DNA of 64,000 nucleotides from Camelus ferus (GCF_009834535.1 NC_045697.1:30506001-30570000); one strand, 5' to 3'. Counted from the first letter of the stretch, positions 1 to 14,309 are shown. The notes: generated by a model from the sequence alone, not told the origin. Numbers and translations are program-made.

Positions 1-299
1 TTAAATGTCTGCCTGCTGACTAACATGAAACATGGGGAAAGGCCTGGGTCAGCCTTCTTTGCAGTGCCTGGCACGACACCTGATAGCAGGCATTTACTGA
101 GCACCATCTGTGTGCAAAGCAGCGCTCCAGGGGCTGCGGGGATCATAAGGAACAAAATTCCTGCCCTCCCTGCGGGAAGCCTGTGCACTGCCCATCATTT
201 TTCCAGTCTCTTTCCTACCCAAAGGCTGACATTACTCACTGAGTTTTCTGTGATTAGTAACATAAAAGGGGGAAAAATCATTCAGAGAGAAAATATGAA

Positions 300-868
300 C
301 TGTCAGATGAGAATGAAATTATAAGTGGTAAGAGGAGAATTAAATTAAGAGCAGTAAGCATCATGGATTTATAAAAACAAGTCATGTCAGACAAACTTAA
401 TTGCTTTTCCTGATAGAATTACCAAATTAGAGGACGTTGGTGTACAATATCCTGAGAGCAGTTTCCTTCAATGGCCAGGTAATGAATATTATTTTTGAAG
501 TTAGCAGAGCCCTTGGAAATAGTATCTTTTGAAATTGTACAAAATGAATTAAAATTGGCTTTGATGTGAGTCTGGTTCTCTGACTTGTTGACAGATTAAA
601 GAGGAGAAAAGCTAAGGCAACTACAAACAATATGGCACTAAGCAGTAAAGACATTGCCTACAGGGGCCCGAGGATCTTTATTCAGAGGTGTTTATCCTGG
701 TCATTATCAGGGTCAAAGTATGACTTTGTGACATTAAAAAGACAATGCGAGAAAATCACAGTACTTCGGGGAAATCATTGCATGGAGCCCAGGAATGAGA
801 CGGTTCTATGTTTCACCATAATGGTGTCATCCTTAGAGTGATGCCCAATATTCTGTGTGGTGCTTTAA
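300..868 (+). mobile_element. CR1/L3 LINE ORF2 (RT) fossil
   Basis: Degenerate translation HHGF..NKSCQTNLIAFPDRITKL (~357-430) resembles CR1 QHGF..KSCQTNLISFFDRVT; RNETVLCFTIMVSSLE*CPIFC (~791-857) resembles CR1 [23 protein letters not shown]. Confidence 0.75.
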
Positions 869-1033
869 AGCCTTGCTACTCACAGTGTGGTATGCAGGTA
901 GCAGGAGCCTGGGGGAGCATCTGGGAGCTTGTGAGAAATGCAGACTCTCAACCCCCACCCCAGGGAATCTGAATCTGCATTTTAACAGTTCCCCAGGTGA
1001 TTCATATGCACTTTAAGCTTTGAGGAGCACTGC
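869..1033. mobile_element. MER5A-like hAT-Charlie MITE
   Basis: ctactcacagtgtgg...catctgggagcttgtgagaaatgcagactctc...gaatctgcattttaacagttccccaggtgattcatatgcac. Confidence 0.85.
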
Positions 1034-1299
1034 TGGGTTTATTTCATATTATGCTGTATGACTTGATTTTTAGATCCTTCCCAGAGGTACGAGACATTGG
1101 TTTGATCTGATTAACCATGATTAAGCCCCAGCCTCAGTAATTCCATTATTTGCCCTTTTTACTTTCCTTAAAAATCAAACGTATGAAGCTGATGAGGTCG
1201 CATCCTTGGGGACGTTTGTGCACCTCAGTGGGTCGCACTGTCCTCCTTTGTAAAGAGGAACTAGTAACTGATGCCTCCTCACTGTGTGTGATGTGCCAC

Positions 1300-1470
1300 A
1301 CCTACACTTCACCTACTCGCATCCTTTCACGTCACTGAGAAATATATTCTTATTCCCGTTTCATAGATGCGGACACTGATGCTTGGAGTGTTAATATATT
1401 TGGCCTAAACTCGTATTTTTAGTAAATGGCAGAACCAGGATTTAAACCTAGATTCTGTCCGACTCTTTGC
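1300..1470 (-). mobile_element. MIR SINE
   Basis: cccgtttcatagatgcggacactgatgct...agtaaatggcagaaccaggatttaaacc (MIR core, antisense). Confidence 0.7.
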
Positions 1471-2558
1471 TGTCTCATACCTGGTTGTGACAGGGCTCGA
1501 ATACAGCAATATGTGAAGGGAGTTTCAGAAGCTGGGACCAAGAAGGGGCTTCAGTTAAGAAGTATTTATTGAGCACATGTGATGTAGGAACTTCCGAGAG
1601 TATTCATTCGAGACAAAACAGACCCAGGCGCCCTGCTTTTGTGAAGTTAATAGCAGAGATGGGAAAGTGTTTGTGTGTTGAAGTGAGGCGAGCATGGGGA
1701 TATGACTTCCAGACTTGTACCATTTGTTAGGAGAATGCATATATCTAGGACGTTGGAAAATTGCTCTAAATCTAAGGTCAGTTGGATGACAGGTGACTAT
1801 GTGAGTATGAAAACCTAAATTAAAATATGTAACATACTATTGAGCTACTAATGACAAACTTTTAGCCAAACATTTTGCCTTTTTAGAATTTATTCCAACC
1901 TTATTAAAAACTTCATTGGGCCCTTAGAGAATTCTGTTATTCAGTGTATGCTGATGGGAGCTTTGGAAGGGAATGGTGAAGGAGGAGGCTAAACCATCTT
2001 GGTTATCACAGGCCTGGCCCTGGTGTCTAGGTCCCACTCCCTTTTGCTATTTGAGACTGAACTAAGAGAAAGGTGCTTGTTTTCGGTATGAATCTGGTCT
2101 CTGGGAAACCGCTGGTGATGAGTGTTACAGAAACCCGGAGCCCAAGGGTCCTTAGTCGGGAGATGGTGCCCTGAGAACTGTGGGATCAGGCATCCCTCAG
2201 ACGCTTTTGTCCTAGTGAACCCTCCTTCGTTCCTCAAGTTTCACTAAACACCTCTTCCTCAGGAAAGGCCCCGTGATCCTACAGGCCAGGTCAGGAGGAT
2301 GGGGTCTGCCCGGCGGTCCTGCACAGCTCTTGCTTTTCCTTCAAAGTCCTTACCAAATTGTAATTTTTAAAAAATATCCATCTCTCCCATGAGCATGGAG
2401 TGTGTGTCTCTCAACAATAAATGCTGCAGCCCAGCATCTAGCAGAGTGCATCTAGCAGAGGTGTTACATCAGGGACTCAGCGGTGGTTCTATTAACATTT
2501 GGAAATACGGTATTTTAGAAACTCCTTTTTACTTTGGAATGTGTGGCTCAATAAATAT

Positions 2559-2850
2559 CCTTTTTTTTTTTTTTTTGGTGTGTGGTAAAATTCATGTAAC
2601 ATAAAATTTACCATCTTAACCATCTTATGCATACAGTTTAGTGGTGTTAAGTACATTCACAATGTTGTGCTTCCACCATCACACATCCATCCACAGAACC
2701 CTTTTTACCTTGCAAGACTGAATCTCTGTACCTATGAAACACTAACCCCCCATGTCCTCCTCCTCCCAGCTCCTGGCAGGCACCAGTGTGCTTCCTCCCT
2801 CTCCGAATATGAGGTGCTCCGGGTACCTCGTGCAAGTGACACTTACAGCA
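2559..2850 (-). mobile_element. L1 3' end fragment (L1MA/MB-like)
   Basis: poly(T) followed by ggtaaaattcatgtaacataaaatttaccatcttaacc...ttaagtacattcacaatgttgtgc. Confidence 0.8.
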
Positions 2851-4867
2851 CTGGTCCTTTAAACACCTTTTTACTTTTATCCTTCTGAATTAGCAAGGGA
2901 CACAAACTATGTGGTAGTGTTTGTTGGACTGAGTCTTTTTCCACCTAGTTTAAAGAGAAATATGCTTATTCTTGACCTGCTTATATTGATAGAGTCAGAG
3001 AATAACAGAAGGAGGAGTCATCTTCAGGCTTCTGGCTTTTAAGCCCCAAGTCTAAGGTTTGTTGCTGGATTAAAATTCACATGGTGTGGGAATGGACCAA
3101 GCATTTCCTCCCCGACAGTCAACCTATTGAGTGTGAAAATCCAAGGCACTGTAATTTAAACAGTGTTTTCCCCAACATTGCTTGTTTTCATATCTGACTC
3201 AGACTTCCAGCGTAGTGTGGGAGGGAAAGCACAGAACCAACCCCAGAAATGCAAATAAGAAGTAAAACCAGAATGAATGTGGCAGAGACCCAGTTGTTTC
3301 ATACCTGAATCTGGGACACAGTGAAGGGACAGGCTCTGGTCTCTTTGATCGAACGAGGCTGGGCAGGTTACATGATTCCCATCTATGCCTTGACTGCAAT
3401 ATACTTATCCCCCCAAAATCTTGGTAGTTTGAAGATGGCAGAGAAGGCTTGTAAAAAGTCAGATCTACATGTGCAACATCTCTTGACAGGCCAGTGGATT
3501 GACAACAGTAAAGATGAGACTTTTGAGACCCATATTTAGATTAGTTATATGTGCTACTCAGATTGGTCTCTCTGTGGTCTGGGGAGGAGGGCGGGAAGAG
3601 GGAATGGCTGGTGGTGGCACAGCTCCACGGGCTGGGGCTGGAAATAGGAGTCTCCCCTGCGGCTCTGAACATCATGAGATCCTGAGGGAACACACAGAGA
3701 AAAGAGCTCAATAAGATACCAAAGTCCAGTAAACCGGTTTAGAGGTCTGAAGGGTTGCAAAATGTGAAGGGGATCAGAGCTCGTTATTGGAACCCAAGAC
3801 TTGAAAGATGAGGGATTATTAAGCAACAGTTAAAGCATAAGTGGGCAGAGGTCTGGGGCAACAGCCAGGATGGGGTGTTTTCTGTGATCATGACCCATGA
3901 TGAGTGTAAGCCAGGCAAGTTTAAAGGGCCAGGAAAAGCGCAGGCATATATTGCCAGAATTGCTAAACAGGTTGCATTTATTTACTTTGTAGACTCATCC
4001 AAAGAGATTGTGCCATGTCACAATCTCTTTCCCCTAAAACCTGCCTCTCCTCGTCTGAGACCTTAGCCAAAGCTTTGTGGCCAGCCTCACCTCCCTGTTG
4101 TGGGATCAACCATCTGGATGCCAAACGGTGTCCTTGTGTAATGGGGGAGGGCTGTTCTAGCAAGATAACTTGTCTACCCCCAGCGCTTCTTTCTGGAATT
4201 AGAAATGTGCACCCCGCTTTAAGAGCCTTGCAGTTGTCCGAGAAGCTTTGGGTCTTATGCAGAACCATTTTGATGTCTTCAATACACATTTCGCTCTTAC
4301 TTGTGCACAGATGGTAATGGGCTTCCATTTATTCTATCAACTCCCTTTGACTTTTGCAGGAAGTAGCTATAGCATTTGCTGAGAATCTTTGCAGCCCAAG
4401 TGCAAGTGAAAATACTTCTATCATGGATATTATATATATAACATTTATATTATCCATGATAAGATGGCTTCAGAAGTCAGCGGACAAATTTATCTTAGCT
4501 TTTGCAACCTCAGGTCCTACTTCCAGACCAGTTACTGCTTTTCTTCTTGGGTCATATGATACGTGCTTCAGTCTGAATAACATTAAAAATATTTCTCTTA
4601 GCAGGATGTGGTGGGTTGTTTTCTTTTTTAATTTCAAATAACACCACTCCTTGAACTGGGAACAAACAATTCACTTGCAGCTCGGCTCTGCATTTATTTG
4701 TAATTTTCACATAAATCAACTTATATGAAAATGTATTCATAATTTGAGCTTTCTCTATAGCGATAAAATGTTTCTGCTTCTGTGGTAGAAAATAGCTTAT
4801 TATGCAAACAACATTGCCACTCTTACATTATGCATGGGATTTACCTGGAGAACATCACAAAAGCTAC

Positions 4868-4906
4868 AAAAAAAAAAAAAAAAAAAAAAAAAAAGAAAAA
4901 AAGAAA
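4868..4906 (+). repeat. poly(A)/A-rich tract
   Basis: About 26 uninterrupted A then gaaaaaaagaaag. Confidence 0.95.
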
Positions 4907-6249
4907 GGCCAGGGGAGGGTAAAAGGGTGCTTCATTTACTGCACCATTTACCTGTAATAATTAGCTACAAATGAGCTAATATCTGTATTTAGCAACTTAT
5001 TTAGTATTGTTTTGGTTAATTCAGTGAAACAATGGAAGGAAAAGAAAAAAATACAAGGAAGGTCTCCTGACAAATGGTGCCTTTCAGGATGTCAGCCCAG
5101 TGAAAAATGGGATCTGGTGGTTTCAAACTTAGGCCAGTGGTGGTGAGTAATTAATGGCCAACTCATTTGGACTTGTGTGCTTGATCTAATTTGGGATATT
5201 GAGAGTTCACACTGATTTGCCTTTAAAAAGAATGTCACTGTCAAATAAAGTGATTGTATAAGATTGATCTGGAGAGCTCTGACTTGGATGTATAGCACAT
5301 TTTATATTTAGAAAGGCAGCAGCAAACGGTATTATTTCTAACCGTGTGTGCAGCGGGACCACCATTTCTGGAGAGAAAGCTGGTGTCCTTTATAGGATCA
5401 TGCAGGGATCACTTTGGGTATAAACGGTGTATGGTATTTATTTTTTCAATCACATAACAAGTATGTTTTGAATGTCTTTTCACTGTGTTCAGCCCTGTGG
5501 ATAAAACAATAATGCAATATGGCCTCTGCTCTTATGTTACCTCCATTGTAATTGGGGAGGTAGGCAATGAACAAGTAGCACAAATAAATAAAATCATTGC
5601 AATAAGAGTGATAAATGCTATGAAAGAAACACACAAAGAGTATGATTTAAGAAGTATGGGCTGTTCCATCACCTTTAAGATATGTAGTATAATCTTTGAC
5701 AAATGATTTAACCTCTTTAAACTTACTTTTTGTAAATAAAAGAAGATACATAGGCGAATTATCATTACTCTACATAGTTATATACAGCCCTACGTAGTTG
5801 TCCTTATGAATTCGCCATACTGAATCTCTGTTCGTGGTCCATTTGCTCTATCTGGGGGATCCCATGTCAAAGAACCAAACACCAAGGAGGCCACTTTGTG
5901 GTTACGGCTTCCCAGCATGCATAGCTCTTCTTTGTAAGGCTCGTGTCTGCTCTATTGGGGGTTCTCCAAAAGGTGACTTTCTTTTGTTGATCCTGCTAGA
6001 GGATTTCTGCTCACCTTTGTTTAGGTCAGGATTTCAGGGATGATGAGATAGGTAGTACATGATAGACCAAGGTCCAGGCCTAGAATCAGAAGCCTGGTGT
6101 TCCATTCCCAGATTTGTACCATAATAGTTGCTTGACTTTAGTTAACTTATGTACTTTTCTGAACATCTACTCCTTGTCATGTTTAAAAATTGATAACAAT
6201 AATACCCTCTCTAATAATATCTAACAATACCTTTTTATGTTTATAAAGT

Positions 6250-8250
6250 AAAATTGAAATTCCTATGTTATTTAAATAATTTCAGACCATGGGAGAGAAA
6301 TGGACAGTTCCTTAGTTTATTTTATAAAGTTAATGTAATCTGATAATTATATATTGATTTCACTTATAAATATGGATGCAAAAAGTCTAACTAAAACATT
6401 GGCTTACCAAATCTAGCCCTGTATAAAATGAATCACATACCATGAATAAGTAGGGTTGGTTTCTGTAATGTAAAGGTGTTTTGATATCAGACAACCAATA
6501 TGAAAATTCTTTATTTTTAAAAATTTTTATTGAAGTATAGTTGATTTACAATGTTGTATTAGTTTCAGGTGTCCAACAAAGCGATTCAGTTTTTTATGGA
6601 TTCTCTTCCATTATAGAGTGCATGAAAGTTCTTTAAATCAACAAACTAAAAGAGGAAAAGAATCATGGGATTAAATGATTAGATACTATAATATAATTTC
6701 ATAAAATTAAATAACCATTCTTGGCAAAACCATAAGCAAAATAGGAATATTAGGGATATTTAAACATGAAAAGACTATAAAAATCCTTTTAGCAAATATA
6801 ATAAGCAGTTCATTGATGAAGTTATTTTGTTTAAAATCAGGAACAAAACAAGAGCTCCTCTCTATGCCCACAATTGTTTACATTGATTTGGAGAGACTAG
6901 CTAATGTAATAAGCTGAGAAGAGTAAATAATAGATAGAAATATTAGGAGAGATAAAGTTGTTGTATTTGGGGATGATGTGACTGATTTCTTAGCAAACCC
7001 ACAAGACTGAAAAAAAATACTAGATTTGATAATAGCTTTTGATAAGGTGTTTGGATATTTGATAAATATACAAAGTCTGTAATTTTTCTTTTTACTAGCA
7101 TCAGTCAGCTACAAATAGACTTTGAAAAAGATCTCATTTATAAGAGCAACAAAAATTTTTAATACATAGGGATAATTTTATAAGATTCAGACTCCCATTA
7201 AAAAAACCTAAAATAACTTATTGGAGAAATGTACAATTTTTTATATGGAACTTAAAACTGTACAATTTTCAGTTCTTTCAAAGTCAATAAACACATATTT
7301 GCAATTTTCTTCAGAATCTTAATGGGATTTTTTTGAATAAAATAATTTAAAGTTTAACTAGAAGAATAGTTATCTTAAAATACAAAATCCAAAAGAGGAA
7401 TAATAAGATATACTTACCTCACTAGATATTAAAACTAACTTTAGAGCAACAGTAATCAAAATGGTTTGTTATTGGCATCAAATCAGATAAACAGATTAGT
7501 GAAACAGAGTAGAAACTTCACAAAAAGATCTAGGTGTTTATGAGAATTTACCATATTGTCAAAAGTGGCATTGATACCTCTGAAAAGGGGGGTTTATTTA
7601 ATATGATGCTGGCAAAACTGACTACACATGTGACAGAAAGAAAATTTATAATCCCTATTTCCTCATACAAAGAATAAAGGCTAGATGGATTAAAGAAAGT
7701 AGTATGTCGATATTTATTAAAATGAGTAATATACCTCAGGTCTGACCTTGCAAAGTGAGTGGGAGTCTGGCCAATAGAATTAAAGCACCAGCACGTATGG
7801 ACACGTGTGCTAATATTTATGACATCATTACTTTTATTGGCAAACAAACAAAAAACTGGAAACAATCTCACTTCCCATCAACAGAACTATTGAATAAGAA
7901 GATCCATACATTGGAATTTTATGCAGTCACTTAAAAGAATGAATTCCACCTCGATTTGTTGACTTGGAGGGATGTCTATAAGGTAATTAAAGGAAGAAAA
8001 GCAAGCTGCAAAATTGTGTGAAGAGTATGATCCAATTTTTGTATGTATATATTATATATATAGAAAAAGGTTGGAAGTGTACAGCTGGCTGTTAATATTG
8101 GTTTTCTCTGGGAACAGAATGAGAATGGAGGGAAATGAAGAGGGAGATGCATGATTTTTTATTTGTACATTGTTAGGTTGTATCACTTATTACAATGAGC
8201 ATGTTCATTTCAAAATAAAAAAAAAATCATTAAAAATGTTAAAATGACCA
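6250..8250 (+). mobile_element. Old, highly diverged L1M ORF2 and 3' UTR fossil
   Basis: A-rich strand with remnants of L1 RT motifs (aaatcaggaacaaaacaag; gtatttggggatgatgtg, resembling LFADD, at ~6964) and an L1 3' UTR-like tail. Confidence 0.7.
6500..6635 (-). mobile_element. Short young L1 3' end inserted in the older L1, with TSD
   Basis: ttgaagtatagttgatttacaatgttgtattagtttcagg; TSD atgaaaattcttta (6500-6513) / atgaaagttcttta (6622-6635). Confidence 0.8.
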
Positions 8251-9150
8251 AACAAGATAGTGGACTGTCTGACTGACGTTGTTTCTTGACTCTGCCTAGT
8301 TTTTAATTTTTATTTTTTGCCTAAGAACAGAAAATCAGCTTATGGAGAATGGACCAGTTCTCCTCTGATTGGATAATATTTTCCCAAATACACACTAGGA
8401 AGTAAGACTTCCCAAAGAGTCTAAAATCTCAGGTCCTCAAATCCCAATTACTTCCCTTCAGACTCAAATTACCAACGTTAAAAAAAAAAAAAAACACAAA
8501 ACCCAGTACATTGGACATTAAGAACAATTTGTAAAAGATTTAAGAGCCCTTTGGCTGGAAAATGAGGTGGGGTCAGTCTCCAAAGGGTTGAGGCCCAGAG
8601 CCTGTGAAGTTCTGAAAGGTCCAGGGTCTCCCAGCCGCTAACACCGGGCTCCACTCACATCTGACATAGAAGATGGTGTTCTTTTCACGGCCCCATGCTG
8701 CCTCTTACTCTGGGCAAAGGGCACCAAACCTATTCCAAATGGGCTTATTTTCCCCACCAATTTAGAAGACCTTTGGGCATTTTACAGGCTCTTGTGCGTT
8801 GCACCGTAGCTATCGCACAGCCCTGAAGATGGTCTGTGGTTTTGAACGCATTTGTTTTGGAGACACCAAGTAAACAAAGTTTCATAGACTGGCCCTGACC
8901 ATTTCCTACCAGACCTGGCACGACACCTACCGTCAAACTGATACCAACTTCTGCCTGTCTCGTTTTTCATTTTACTGCCATCCCAGCACAAGTCAGAGAT
9001 GGTTTGCAGTCCATTTAGTACTGGGAGCCTCTTGGTCCACAGCCACAGCTCCTGGGTGTCTGACGTGGGCCAGTTTATTTTGGAGCAACAAGCTAGTGGA
9101 ATGGGAGAACCACATGCTCGGGAATTATAAGAGAGCATGGTAGCCCAGGC

Positions 9151-9153
<3 letters not shown>

Positions 9154-9187
<34 letters not shown>
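9154..9187. repeat. (TG)17 microsatellite
   Basis: Perfect dinucleotide run. Confidence 0.98.
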
Positions 9188-9189
<2 letters not shown>

Positions 9190-9749
9190 CGCAAGGCTTA
9201 GAATTGTCTCAGTAATGATCATAAGACTTCCTAATGTTTGCCACCTGTGAACAGATGCCAACAACTGACTGACTGGCTGAGCTGGCTGAGTGTCCCAGAG
9301 GCTGGGTTGCTTCTTGGTATATCTTCAAGCGTAATTACTAGTGAGAGAAGAAATAAAATTGGAGCAAGAGAGCAGCTTGGCTTCATTCCTTATGTAGTGG
9401 GAAAGAGTTGTGACTTGAACTCATCTGCCTGTATCCTGATGTTAAGAGTAGCTCAGATGTAAATTTCAAATTAAACAAGAAAGTCTGGGAGAATGCATTA
9501 TGAGCTCAGTGCTCAATGAACAAAATAGGGAAGATTACAGCCAAGGGAGTTAATTTTACCCTGGGGATGAGTTTCTGTTTTCCCCCTTTAAGCATGCTTG
9601 GAATTCAGTCCTGAGGATCAAATATTGGCATTTACAAGATGACTTCTTGTATTATACAGCAGTGGGGATGAATAACCGTAAGAACAGTCATCCCTTCTGT
9701 CTCCAGGGGGGACTGGTTCCAGATCCCCAACCCTCCCCCCGACAACATG

Positions 9750-10085
9750 CAACATTATGAACAAATCGCACAGACATGTTAGCCCCAAGAAGCTACACAA
9801 AAGAACACACTCTATGATTCCATTTACATAAAATTTGAAACCGGACAGAACTCATCAGTGCTGTCAGAAGTCAGGAAAGTCTTTGTCCCTGGGGACAGGA
9901 ATGACAGGAAGGGCCACGAGGGGGTGCTGGTCACACCCGATTTCTTTCTTTCTTTCTGTCTTTTTTTTTGACACCCAATTTCTTGATCTAGGTGCTGAGC
10001 ACATGTGTCTGTTCCATTTCTGAAAATTTCATCAGTCTATATATTTATGATAAATATAACTTTCTTATGTGTATGTCAAGAAAAA
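9750..10085 (+). mobile_element. L1ME/MC-type 3' UTR fragment, with a short MER2-like terminus just upstream at ~9685-9735
   Basis: acactctatgattccatttacataaaatttgaaaccggacagaactcatc; cagtcatcccttctgtctccagggggactggttccag resembles the MER2 end. Confidence 0.65.
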
Positions 10086-10228
10086 TCAATTTCTTTTGCA
10101 TTTCTTACCTGCCCTTCCTTTAGTTGGCGTGCTTAGTGTCCTTGGTAGAAGGCGACCGTTCTTCCTTCCCCATGCCACTCGCATCTCACGGGTAAATCTT
10201 TAATAAGGGCAATGATTGACTAGAATTA

Positions 10229-10570
10229 CAGTTGGTCCCCTGTATCCCCAGCATCCGCGCATTCAACCAATCTCGAGTTAAAGATACTTGGGGAAAAAAA
10301 ATTCCAAAAATTTCCAAAAAGCAAAACTTGAATTTGCCACACACCAGCAACTAATTACATAACATTTACGTTGCGTGCACAGCTATTTACATACACTTAC
10401 CTTGTGTTAGGTATGATGAGGAATCTAGAGATGATTTAAAGTACATGGGAGGATGTGCGAGGTTATATGCAAATACAACACCATTTTACATGAGGGACTT
10501 GAGCATCCTTGGATTTTGGTGTCAGCAGGGGTTCTAGAACCAATCCCCTCTGGATACCGAGGGACAACTT
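10229..10570. mobile_element. MER2 (Tigger-family) MITE, near full length
   Basis: TA|cagttggtcccctgtatcc ... ggataccgagggacaact terminal inverted repeats; internal gcaaaacttgaatttgcc and tatatgcaaatac; ~340 bp. Confidence 0.9.
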
Positions 10571-11559
10571 AGAAACTGTTTTGAGATGTTGATGAGTTAA
10601 GAGTGAGTTCATTTATTACAGTATTTTCCACCTGGTATTTTACTGAGGGGGCAGCCTAGTAGAGAGAACAGGTGCAGACAGCTTGAAATAAACGTTAGGC
10701 ATGAAGAAAATAGGCCCATTAGCCTCACACGGTGAGGGGTGCTGTAATTGTAGGTAGAGAGGCCACTTTCATCCTGGTCACAAATTTGCCCAGCACCTGG
10801 TCATCTAACTAAGGTTTTAAATCTTTGTTCTGGGTAGTTTGTTCATTTACTCTCTCTAGAGGCAGGGCATTGATTGGGAACTGTCTGGAGATCTTTTCTC
10901 TTTTTTATTTCCAATAATTACATCTATTGGGGTAATAATCATGAATGGTAAAGCTGTAGAATCTGCCAAGCATGGTTAGGAGGTGCGGACCACCCTCTCA
11001 TAAAAGGAAGACCTCCAGCATCCTAGGGCTGTGAGTGAGACCACTTCTGCGGTGACCGGTCCCAAGCAGGGATCCCACTCACATAGGAGTGAATGAAGGC
11101 AGTGATGAAATCTGTTGGCCGTTAGGTCAAGACATCTTGCCTTCAGCTCAGTAGTGTCTCTTCAACCCCTTACCTAGCCCTTTCCCCCTAAGTCCACCCA
11201 AGCTACTCAAGGCCATACTTACCTTTGCTTTGTTTGCAAATCTTCTTTAACCCCTATTTCTGTTGGGGTCTCCTGGTACCCACCTTCTGCATGAATCCAT
11301 CTCTTATCACTGAATTGTGTCCCCAGGCATCATTTTGAGGGGATCCTCTCTATGAGGGATGGCCGTCCACCCACTGGCACTTGCCTCACATCATGTTGAT
11401 CTCCTTTGTCCAAGAGGACCGCACCCCAGCTTACCTTGGAATGGTTCTTCACTGGGGCTTGTCTTGTGACTTCCTCATGTATCAGTGGCCCTTAGCTGGC
11501 ACTAAACAGACAAAGGGGAGAATGGGGAGGAGGAGGGAAGAAGAAGGAGAAACTCTGAT

Positions 11560-11880
11560 AAGAGGTGCTAGTTTGTCTTTAGGGTGCTTTAGTCCAAATG
11601 TTACTTTCTCACCGAAGCTTTCTCTAACCCCACTTTCTAAAGTGATTCCATCGTTGTGTGTTGCATTTTCTACTGCCTTACTCTTTTGTTTTCTTCATTA
11701 CTACTGAAATTATCTTGTTCGTTTGTTTGTTTGCTGTCCAGTTCTCTACTTCCCCATGACTGAAGGCTCTGTAAAGAGACCCTTACCTTTCTTGTTCACT
11801 GTAATATCCTAATGTGAACTGGGCTTGGCACCATAGTAGGACTTAACTAATATTTTTTGAATGAATTAACTAAATAAAGA
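11560..11880 (+). mobile_element. L2 3' end
   Basis: cttgttcactgtaatatcc...ggcaccatagtaggacttaactaatattttttgaatgaat. Confidence 0.7.
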
Positions 11881-12815
11881 GTCGCTAAAAACACTCTAAA
11901 ATTTGAAGAAAATTTGAGTTACTCCCACTCTGAGAATATATGAAAATTAAGATAGCCTCAGTCACTGAGATAAAGTCCTAGTCATTTTGTCTTGCAAAGT
12001 CCAAATGGCCAAACTGTAGAACACCAGCGTAGGTTAGTTACACTATGATGCTGACACAGAATTTCCTGGGATAAGTGTAGATCATTTGCCTGTGGTGGAG
12101 ATGTTGCTTCTGACTCTGGAGAGGAATGTGGCTTCCAGTTACCGAGTTGGGAAGGCATACAAGGTGAATTCTGAGTTAAACTTTAGGATTTGACTCCCTA
12201 GGGAGACCTGGAAATGGCTAAGGTCTTACATTAATATGTAACCAAAATTTAAACTCGTATTTCAGCAACAAGGAATGGTAAATAATGCATTGCTTCATGA
12301 AGAAATTTGCTTAGTTTATTTACTTACATTATTTATAGGTTATGTTGGGAATAGACTTGGCCTGCTTTGCTTTGTTCACAGTAACATTCCATAAATATAA
12401 CAGCAAGCAATAAAATAGCGTTGATTCAGAAGTGAGCTCATAGCTTCGTATAACATCAGACATAAAAGCTGTGTTACAATGATAAATACTAAATCTTTAA
12501 AATATCTTTAAAATATCATTGGTTTTTTACTGCCATTACTTATGCAGTGTGTATTTCAGATTTTCATATTCAGTATTGCACTTTTTACATGTGAGTTATA
12601 TCCTGAGCTTTTGGTGCAGTCTGTACAAAATAGGCATTTTGAAGTTTTGGATGGGTGGCCAAAGAACTTGATTCATCCTGGGCCATCCTAAATTGTCTAG
12701 GCAAGCCTCAGGAAGGGAACAAATGTCAGTAAAACATACTGCCTTTTATTCTTCTTCTTCTTTGAGTGTAAAGTTCAAACAGTTCAGACAAAAAAGTGAG
12801 AGTTTAACAGAAGTC

Positions 12816-13135
12816 TTTTTTTTTTAATATTTCATTTTTTATTGAAGTGTAGTTGATTTACAATGTTAGTTTCAGGTGTACAACAAAGTGATTCAGTTAT
12901 ACATATACATACATATGTATATATTTTTTCAGATTCTTTTCCATTGTATGTCATTACAAGAAATTGAATATAGTTCTCTGTGCGGGACAGGAGGTCCTTG
13001 TTGTTTATCTGTTTTAGATGTGGTAACTCATATCTGTTAATCCCAAACTCCTAATCTATCCCTCGCCACTCTTTCCCTTTTGGTAACGATAGTTTGTTTT
13101 CTATATCCATGAGTCTCTTTTTGGTTTGTAAATGA
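12816..13135 (-). mobile_element. Young L1 3' end (artiodactyl type)
   Basis: poly(T) then attgaagtgtagttgatttacaatgttagtttcaggtgtacaacaaagtgattcagttatacat...aatcccaaactcctaa. Confidence 0.9.
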
Positions 13136-13289
13136 GAGTAGTCTTTCATTCTTCCTATGGTAGGAAATGTCCTTTTTTTTTTTTTTTTTGGTGTGTCTTT
13201 GAGTTTTCTCAGTATTCTGGAGCCTCTGCATGGCCTCACGTGGGTCTGCTGGAGTCCAGGGTGGTGCTTTGCGGAGAACAGGAGGTGGG

Positions 13290-13520
13290 TACGGAGTAGT
13301 GCTAAGACTGGACCTTCGAGTCAGGCAGATCTGGGCTCGTGTTCTGGCTCTGCTGTTAACAAGTTGTGTGTCCTTGGGCAAGTGACGTAACGATTTGGGC
13401 CTCGATTTTCTTGTCTGTGAGATAGAGACAATACCATATACCTAATAAGGAGAGTCTCCAGCAAGATAATATTTACAGAGCACAGTCCTGACACATAGCA
13501 AGGGTCTGTAAATGTTGTGT
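13290..13520 (+). mobile_element. MIR SINE
   Basis: gagtcaggcagatctgggctcgtgttctggctctgctg...ccttgggcaagtgac...cacagtcctgacacatag. Confidence 0.8.
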
Positions 13521-14309
13521 CGCCTTGCGAGTGTGCTGATGTAGAGGAGATGGAGGCACTGTGGCTGTGCATCCAAACTAGAGTCTGCAAATTACCTGGT
13601 ATTTAGGACAGACATGAATGATATGAAATGGTCGTAACTATACACTGAAACCTCACCTTAACACTATTTGGCAAAGGGCATGTGTGTCTTGGACCCTTTT
13701 CAAGGAAGTGAAAAAAGCCTGGTATAACAAAAAGGCCCGTCATACAGTGGATTTATGCATGCCTGTTCCCACAGCAAAGGCCTGAGGGCAATGTGAATAT
13801 ATTTTGAAAACAGTCTGTGATACAGCTGAGTCTGAGTGTTGCATAATTCTTTTGATTTTTTAAAAATGCCCTTATGTAGGTACAAATTGTGTTTTTAATA
13901 TAGTGATAGATTGGAACGGGGATGGAGAAGACGGAGCAGAGCAAGCCCAGGGAGGGACGGAAGGCGAGGAGGGCTGACGAGTGGCCCCAAAAATGAGACC
14001 AGTCAGAGCAAGCCTCAGTGTTTAAGCACGACTGCTTTGTACCCTGCAGTCTGAGGTGGGGGGTGCGGGGGGTGGGGGTGGGGAGTCTGTTTCCCGCGCA
14101 CAGATCGGAGAGCAGTAGCTCAGGCGGTTAGATCCCCATGTGAGGTGACCTGAATTACAGCCTCGGTACACTGAGACACGGGGGATTTGTCACAAAATTA
14201 TCTCCTATCTCTTATGGCATCCTCAAGTCTTATTTAATCCTCTCTCAAAGTACGAAGAATACATAAGAATTATGGTATCTCGTTGGGAGTATCTTTTTAA
14301 AGTTTTGGT

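Noticed and set aside
8782..9264. 160-aa ORF with an HT repeat
   Set aside because: The repeat is the translated (CA)n microsatellite and the rest has no recognisable homology.
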